The position numbers were made by a program, and so were the translations under genes. This document shows, one piece after another, positions 56,975 through 64,000 of a DNA stretch of 64,000 nucleotides. The notes beneath the pieces are model-generated. The model did not search any database. It was given only the letters and a program-made list of their open reading frames with translations, and was not told the origin of the DNA. Each line of letters opens with the position of its first letter. The stretch's first letter is position 1. This DNA is from an uncultured Collinsella sp. (GTDB lineage: Bacteria; Actinomycetota; Coriobacteriia; Coriobacteriales; Coriobacteriaceae). Where the stretch lies: the NCBI GenBank assembly GCA_900543015.1, contig UQPJ01000001.1, positions 7,283 to 71,282 of the forward strand, given 5' to 3'.

Positions 56975-57095
56975 TGGGACGGGGATTAAAAACTCATTGA
57001 TCCCCGTCCTTGGCAGCTCATTTGGGACGGGGCTTTTTTGACTGGTATGATTGGTGCGACCATTCCAACCAGCTAAAAGAGCCCCGTCCTAAATT
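56975..57095. repeat. Two GGGACGGGG...CCCCGTCC REP-like hairpins
   Basis: GGACGGGGAT/ATCCCCGTCC and TTTGGGACGGGGCT/AGCCCCGTCCTAAA. Confidence 0.7.
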
Positions 57096-57115
57096 GACTA
57101 TCGAGAGGATCTGCC

Positions 57116-57604
57116 ATGGAGCGTATCGCGAGTTTTTCCGTTGACCATCTGCTGCTTGAGCCCGGCGTGTACGTGAGCCGCATCGACCGCGATCCGGCGA
57201 CCGGCGCCGCCGTCACCACGTTTGACCTGCGCCTGACCACGCCCAACAAGGAGCCGGTCATGAACACGGCCGAGTGCCACACCATCGAGCACCTGGGCGC
57301 GACGTTCCTTCGCAACCATGCCGAGTGGTCGAGCCGTATCGTCTACTTTGGTCCCATGGGCTGCCGCACGGGCTTTTACCTCGTCGTGTTTGGCGAGGTG
57401 ACGGGCGAGGAGATCCTGCCGCTCGTGCGTGAGCTGTTCGAGTTTGTCGCCGGCTTTGAGGGCGATGTCCCCGGTGCCGCTCCCGAGGAGTGCGGTAACT
57501 ATCTGGACCAGAACCTCCCCATGGCAAACTGGCTCGCACGCCGCTATCTCGACCGTGACCTGGCCAATATCGACGAGAAGCACCTGCACTATCAGCAGGC
57601 ATAG
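57116..57604 (+). CDS. luxS: S-ribosylhomocysteine lyase
   Basis: SFSVDH, FDLR..PN, HTIEH, GPMGCRTGFY, ECGNY. Confidence 0.95.
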   Translation: MERIASFSVDHLLLEPGVYVSRIDRDPATGAAVTTFDLRLTTPNKEPVMNTAECHTIEHLGATFLRNHAEWSSRIVYFGPMGCRTGFYLVVFGEVTGEEILPLVRELFEFVAGFEGDVPGAAPEECGNYLDQNLPMANWLARRYLDRDLANIDEKHLHYQQA

Positions 57605-57704
57605 GGCCGCCCTCTGCCTCCAAACCGTTCACACGGAGATATCGACCGTTTAACTGTTTAGAAGTGTTTATTCGAGGTCATTAGCACTAGCTCGCTTAAA
57701 CTAG

Positions 57705-57792
57705 TTCTCAGAGTGATATTCAGGCAAGGCTCCTGAAGCAGCATCTGTTGACATTGACTGTCGGATTCTGCTTCGGGAGCCTTGTTCTGTTT
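57705..57792 (+). promoter_or_regulatory. RAT-like antiterminator site overlapping a long terminator hairpin
   Basis: CAGGCAAGGC (RAT 3' half-like) overlaps stem 57725-57741/57768-57784, directly upstream of the BglG-family gene. Confidence 0.6.
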
Positions 57793-57802
57793 AGGGGGGC
57801 AC

Positions 57803-58642
57803 ATGGAAATTGTTAAACGAATTAATACCAGCGCTGTCCTCTGCGTCGATGGAAATGGCAGACAGTTGGTTGCATTCGGCCGTGGTCTGGGGTTCAAGAA
57901 TGTCGGAGACGAGGTCCCTCTTTCGGAGATTCAACGAACGTTTTATAACGTTAGCTCTCGCTACATCGCTCTCGTTGACGAGGTCCCCGACGAGCTTCTC
58001 GAGCTTACCTCGGATGTTATTGATATGTCGACAGGTTTGCTGCCTTATGAGGTGAGCCCTAATTTGCCGTTTATCCTTGCGGACCATATCGCGTATGCGG
58101 TTAAGCGCAAAGAGCAAAATATCGTTGTCCGCATGCCTTTATCGTTTGATGTCCGCCAACAATATCCCGTCGAATTTAAAATCGGCGAGTATGCACTTAG
58201 GATAATCAGGAAACGTCTTAACGTTAGGCTTCCAGCTCATGAGGCAGTTGGAATTGCCATGGCGTTTATCAATAACATGGCCGATTCGGACTCATGCGAA
58301 GTAGTTAAAGAGTTTAGCGCGGATATCTACGATCGTGTTCTGGAGGAGTCAACCGTTGCTGTTGAAAATCGGCTTGGCATTCAAGTTGATCGGGAAGGTT
58401 TCGATTACGCAAGGTTCGCAACCCATCTTCAGTACTTATTCAATAGGTTGAACTCTGGCGAAAGCATCGTGAGCGACAACCGCAAGATGTACCTCTCGCT
58501 CAAAAAAGAATATCCGGTGGCATCAATGTGCGCCGATGATATTGCTTCTGTTCTCAGTCGACTGACGGGGCGGGAACTTATAGACGAAGAAAGACTCTAC
58601 CTCATGATGCACATCAATCGAATTGCATCGAAAACAAGGTAA
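57803..58642 (+). CDS. BglG/LicT-family antiterminator (CAT-RBD + 2 PRD)
   Basis: KRINTSAV, GRGLGF, LADHI, RFATHL, YLMMHI. Confidence 0.92.
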   Translation: MEIVKRINTSAVLCVDGNGRQLVAFGRGLGFKNVGDEVPLSEIQRTFYNVSSRYIALVDEVPDELLELTSDVIDMSTGLLPYEVSPNLPFILADHIAYAVKRKEQNIVVRMPLSFDVRQQYPVEFKIGEYALRIIRKRLNVRLPAHEAVGIAMAFINNMADSDSCEVVKEFSADIYDRVLEESTVAVENRLGIQVDREGFDYARFATHLQYLFNRLNSGESIVSDNRKMYLSLKKEYPVASMCADDIASVLSRLTGRELIDEERLYLMMHINRIASKTR

Positions 58643-58710
58643 TTAGTTGGCAAAGGCGCGCGCTTTGCTGATGGTTACATATAAAACTCAACATGGGAGA
58701 AATGGTATTT

Positions 58711-60081
58711 ATGGCAGATACAACCAAGCTCGCTGCCGAGATTCTCGAGATGGTGGGCGGCGCAGACAACGTTACATTTGTAGCTCACTGCATGACTCGT
58801 TTAAGGTTCAACCTTAAGGACGAAAGCATCGTAGACGATGCAAAAGTCAAGGCGATTGATGGCGTGATCGACATTCGCCATTCCGCGGGGCAATATCAGG
58901 TGATTGTGGGACCTAAGGTCGATAAGGTCTATGAAATCGTTGCCAAGGAAACCGGGATTGACGCCGGAGATTCCGAGGCAAGCGAAGGAGAGACTAAGGG
59001 CTTTCTGGGAAAGCTAATGAAGTTCATCAGCGGCATCATGATGCCCGTTCTTCCTGCCTTGATCGCATGCGGAATGATAAACGCCATCCTTAGCATTCTG
59101 ACGACGGCGGGTGCTGTTTCCGCCGAGAGCGGAATATACACTCTGCTGTACGGCATGGGAAATGCCTGCATGTATTTCCTGCCCGTTCTTGTCGGATCAT
59201 CTGCTGCTCAGTTCTTTGGAACCGATCGATATATCGGTGCGGTACTCGGCGCAATCCTGGTTTATCCGACTTTCGTTGCTGCGGCCGGAGCGGGCGATGC
59301 GCTGGATTTGCTCGGCATGAAGTTCACAATGGTGAGCTATTCCTCCACGGTGTTTCCTGCTATCGTGGCGGCTTGGTTCGCATCCGTTCTTAATAAGTGG
59401 CTGCGGGCGGTTCTTCCCGATGTTGTGGCATTTGCGCTCGTCCCGTTCCTGACGGTTGCTGTTGCCGCCCCCGTCTCGCTCCTTGTGATCGGCCCCGTTA
59501 TTCAGCAGGCGAGCTCTTTGCTTGCGGCTGCAGTGCTGGCGGTCTATCAGTTCAGTCCCGTCCTTTGCGGCGTTATTCTCGGGCCGATATTCGGTCTCGT
59601 TATGATCCCCCTTGGACTCCATTGGGCCCTGATCGTGCTTTCCATCAACAATATTATGACCGTCGGCTCCGATCCTATCCTTGGACTTCTCTGCTGCAGC
59701 ATGGGTGTTGTCGGCGCTTGTTTGGCGTTTGCCCTCCGCTCGAAGGACCCGAGTGAAAAGAGTCTTGGGTTCAGCTGTGCCATTACGGGCTTTTTCGGGA
59801 TTACGGAACCGGCGCTGTACGGCATCATCTTGGTGCACAAGAAGATCATTATCGCTTCCATGGTCGCCGGAGCAATCAGTGCTGTTATCCCGGCGATTTT
59901 CAACACCTGTACGTTCGTTATGACGTCGAGCGGCATTTTTAGCTTCCCCGGTTATATGGATCCTTCTGGTGATATGAGCAGCCTCATCGGCGCAATTCTT
60001 TGCAATGTCGTCGGTTTAATTCTTAACTTCGTTCTCGTTTACATCCTGTATCGCCCTGATGAAGAGGCGGTAGTGGAGTAG
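58711..60081 (+). CDS. PTS beta-glucoside/sucrose-family EIIBC (no EIIA)
   Basis: HCMTRLRF, GQYQVIVG, GLHW, GITEPALYG; alternative starts at 58693 and 58702. Confidence 0.92.
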   Translation: MADTTKLAAEILEMVGGADNVTFVAHCMTRLRFNLKDESIVDDAKVKAIDGVIDIRHSAGQYQVIVGPKVDKVYEIVAKETGIDAGDSEASEGETKGFLGKLMKFISGIMMPVLPALIACGMINAILSILTTAGAVSAESGIYTLLYGMGNACMYFLPVLVGSSAAQFFGTDRYIGAVLGAILVYPTFVAAAGAGDALDLLGMKFTMVSYSSTVFPAIVAAWFASVLNKWLRAVLPDVVAFALVPFLTVAVAAPVSLLVIGPVIQQASSLLAAAVLAVYQFSPVLCGVILGPIFGLVMIPLGLHWALIVLSINNIMTVGSDPILGLLCCSMGVVGACLAFALRSKDPSEKSLGFSCAITGFFGITEPALYGIILVHKKIIIASMVAGAISAVIPAIFNTCTFVMTSSGIFSFPGYMDPSGDMSSLIGAILCNVVGLILNFVLVYILYRPDEEAVVE

Positions 60082-60186
60082 ACAATTATTCGGGATGTAA
60101 GCTGCCGAAAACCCCGCGGCAGATTGCATGTGGTGGGCTTGCCGTTGATTCACGCGAGCCCACCCTCATTTTTGGAGTGACTAGCT

Positions 60187-61167
60187 ATGACAATTACTGC
60201 CGATATGACGTTTGGCGAAATCGCGCTCCTTCCTGAGTTCGCTGGCTTTGGCGAGCACCTTATGCTTTGCCGGCCTTCAACTTGGGAGCGCATGTGGAAT
60301 AAACCCATTGTGTCTCATATGAATTCTGATGCTAATCCATATGAAACTGCTCGCGTTTTGCGTGGATTGAATCGAATTGTCGAGCTCGTGGATGACGGGA
60401 GGCAGGTTGCCTACGATATTTGGGATGAAGCCGACTGCATCCGTGATCCGACTCGGCGCAATACGAAACTGTTCTTCTTTCCCGGGAGACCTAGGGCTCC
60501 CTTTATCATTGCGGTTTCGGGCGGAGGTTATCAGAGCGTTTGTCATCAAGTGGAAGGCTTTCCCGTTGCCCCCGAGCTCAACGATGCGGGCTATAACGTG
60601 TTCGTGCTGTCATACAGGGTGAGGGTCGAGCCTTTGATGCCGCGCCCAATCGACGATTTAAATCGAGCCGTCCGTTTTGTCCTGGAGAATTCAGCGAAAT
60701 TTAATGTCGCAAAAAGTTATGCAGTTATCGGCTTTTCTGCTGGTGCGCATTTAACTGCCGAGTGGGGGACGGACAACAAGGGATTTGCGTCCTACGGATG
60801 CGAGGCGCCAAAAGCCTTGGCCCTGTGTTATGCACCGATTGATCTTCATGGCTTTGAGAACGCATCAGACAATAGATTTCTTGATTCGGTGTGCGGCGGG
60901 GCTGGTCGCGACTCGCTCGATGATTTCTGTATTAATCAGCATGTGTGGGAGCAGTATCCTCCGACATATCTTTGGCAATGCGCTGACGATGATATTGTAT
61001 CGCCCGACAATTATGAAAAGATGGTCGATGCTCTGGATGCAGCTGGAGTACACCATGAGGGAGTCATGTATTCAGAAGGGGGGCACGCATTGATGAAGCC
61101 CCATGCGCCGGAGACCGACTACTGGTGTATGAGCGTTATTGAGTTTCTTAAAGATTATCTCGACTAG
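60187..61167 (+). CDS. Alpha/beta-hydrolase, putative carbohydrate esterase
   Basis: SGGGY, GFSAG, PPTYLW..DD.V, GGH. Confidence 0.85.
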   Translation: MTITADMTFGEIALLPEFAGFGEHLMLCRPSTWERMWNKPIVSHMNSDANPYETARVLRGLNRIVELVDDGRQVAYDIWDEADCIRDPTRRNTKLFFFPGRPRAPFIIAVSGGGYQSVCHQVEGFPVAPELNDAGYNVFVLSYRVRVEPLMPRPIDDLNRAVRFVLENSAKFNVAKSYAVIGFSAGAHLTAEWGTDNKGFASYGCEAPKALALCYAPIDLHGFENASDNRFLDSVCGGAGRDSLDDFCINQHVWEQYPPTYLWQCADDDIVSPDNYEKMVDALDAAGVHHEGVMYSEGGHALMKPHAPETDYWCMSVIEFLKDYLD

Positions 61168-61290
61168 GAAACTGCATGTCGCTTTTTGAGCGGGTGATTT
61201 CGTCATGCAATGTTTTCGGTATTGAACGTGGTCGTGGATGAATGATGTTCTAGAATGTTCGTACTGTCACATAAACGAACAGGAGCGAAC

Positions 61291-61935
61291 ATGCATATCT
61301 ACTCTGTATCAGATCACGAGTTCAAATCTTATGGCTGCGTGTGGAACGACGTTCCGTCCAACCTGACCGCTCCGCTCATCGAGGCGCTCTCTGCCACGCC
61401 CATCCCCGAGGGCAGTAAGTACGTAGCAAGCGCGCCGGAGCTCGAGGGCGTCAAGGATGCCGATAAGCTGGGCTTTCTCATGTACGGCGGCCGCCCCTTC
61501 CAGCTCGGCTGGTGCAACGGGCACAACACACGCCTCAACTGCCTGGAGTATCACCGCGCCAGCGAGTTTAACCTGGGCGCCCGCGACTTTATCCTGCTCG
61601 TGGCGCATCGCTGGGAGATCGAGGACGGCAAGCTTGACACCGCGTGCGTTAAGGCGTTCCGCGTGCCGGCGGGTACGGTCGTCGAAGTCTTTAACACCAC
61701 GCTCCACTACACGCCGTGCATGGTCGACGACGGCGGCTTCCAGGTAATGGTTGCGTTGCCCGCCGGCACCAATGGTCCGCGCCCCGAGGCCGCAGCCGAC
61801 ATGCCCGCGGTCGGCGACAGCTACTGCTACTGGAAGGCCGACAAGTGGGTCCTCTGCCACGCCGACAGCCCCAAGGCAGCCGAAGGCGGCTACGTGGGCC
61901 TCTTCGGCAAGAACCTCGACATCGCCTGTGACTAG
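61291..61935 (+). CDS. DUF4867 family (cupin-like) protein
   Basis: QLGWCNGHNTRLNCLEYH..SE, TTLHYTPC, LPAGTN; AGGAG RBS. Confidence 0.8.
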   Translation: MHIYSVSDHEFKSYGCVWNDVPSNLTAPLIEALSATPIPEGSKYVASAPELEGVKDADKLGFLMYGGRPFQLGWCNGHNTRLNCLEYHRASEFNLGARDFILLVAHRWEIEDGKLDTACVKAFRVPAGTVVEVFNTTLHYTPCMVDDGGFQVMVALPAGTNGPRPEAAADMPAVGDSYCYWKADKWVLCHADSPKAAEGGYVGLFGKNLDIACD

Positions 61936-61943
61936 CATCTTCC

Positions 61944-62080
61944 GTCTCGATTTGTAACATCTAGCGGGCTAAATCGTCTCTACCTGTTACAGATTTAGAC
62001 AAACTGCGGGGGGCTGCCCGAAAATCTCGATCTGTAACACCAAGCCCGGTTTTGGCTGCCTACCTGTTACAGATCGAGAC
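61944..62080. repeat. Family-C 80-bp periodic array, 2 units
   Basis: TGTAACA at 61953 and 62033, TGTTACA at 61985 and 62065. Confidence 0.92.
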
Positions 62081-62083
62081 AAA

Positions 62084-62136
62084 CCGCCCCAAACCACCAC
62101 AAAGGTGCCTGTCCCCTTTGTGGTGGTTTGGGGCGG
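62084..62136. repeat. Perfect 22-bp-arm palindrome
   Basis: CCGCCCCAAACCACCACAAAGG-TGCCTGTCC-CCTTTGTGGTGGTTTGGGGCGG. Confidence 0.9.
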
Positions 62137-62267
62137 CGGTATCAGAAAGTGTCAGGCAGGGGCGGCTGCCGGGCCGCCGTGTGCGAAAAGAAGTGTCGGC
62201 CTGCGTCGTTGCCGTTGAGTAGCGCGCTGCTTACGGGGATACTGAAACCACGACAAACAGCGTGTGA

Positions 62268-63710
<1,443 letters not shown>

Positions 63711-63746
63711 GGAAGCCGAGACACTCAACTTCAGAGTTTCCTAACC

Positions 63747-63788
63747 AAAACGCCCGGCGAGCAGTTAATGCCCGCCGGGCGTTTTGTT
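63747..63788 (+). terminator. Intrinsic terminator
   Basis: AAAACGCCCGGCG...CGCCGGGCGTTTT. Confidence 0.8.
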
Positions 63789-63801
63789 AAAAGAAGTGAA
63801 A

Positions 63802-63886
63802 GCACTCATTGGGGACGTACTTAAATGACCAGTCAAACAAGAACGTCCCCAACGACTACTCATTTAAGTCTGTCCCCAATGAGTGC
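63802..63886. repeat. Family-D cluster
   Basis: GCACTCATTGGGGAC...TTAAATGA and TCATTTAAGTCTGTCCCCAATGAGTGC. Confidence 0.88.
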
Positions 63887-63894
63887 CCCAAAGT

Positions 63895-63958
63895 GAGAGT
63901 GGATAATCTGCCGTTTTTGGCCTGTTTGGGGGCTCAAAGTGGGAGATTATCCACTCTC
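63895..63958. repeat. Inverted repeat with 15-bp arms and 34-bp spacer
   Basis: GAGAGTGGATAATCT and AGATTATCCACTCTC. Confidence 0.8.
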
Positions 63959-64000
63959 GTCATTTGGCCGGCACTTGGGGGCACTTCTTGTTGAGTGTGA

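Noticed and set aside
55456..57604. glpK assignment, or an Lsr-like AI-2 catabolic locus inferred from luxS proximity
   Set aside because: No glpF/glpD context and altered kinase motifs; no lsr transporter, LsrF or LsrG homologues recognised

Overview
High-GC Coriobacteriia-type chromosomal window. The gene set, codon style and intergenic repeats resemble Collinsella; this taxonomy is inferred. Housekeeping and cofactor genes (xth, cobB, fused folP-folK, degenerate birA-like, coaX, initiator tRNA-Met) are followed by a frameshifted Schlafen/AlbA_2-ATPase-wHTH gene, a long-form bilirubin reductase candidate (HGDR motif) and an Ech-type group 4 [NiFe]-hydrogenase operon with fused EchA-EchB. 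Next come a 2,098-aa vWA/Spy0128-repeat sortase-anchored adhesin, a NarL-type two-component system with an ABC-2 exporter, a MacB/FtsX-type ABC pair and a stand-alone cyanophycin-synthetase N-domain protein. The window continues with an MgtE-like/NRMT magnesium locus carrying a structured leader, an OatA-like acyltransferase, and a LacI-linked sugar region (isomerase, split transketolase, FGGY kinase, luxS, BglG antiterminator, PTS EIIBC, esterase, DUF4867, GH1). The most striking unexplained signal is non-coding. Several families of fixed-geometry inverted-repeat elements occur, including 80-bp periodic arrays with variable 25/23-bp spacers and two element types that share one 70-bp core but have different outer arms. 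Matched copies of these families bracket three accessory gene cassettes. No integrase, complete transposase, RAYT or cas gene is visible.
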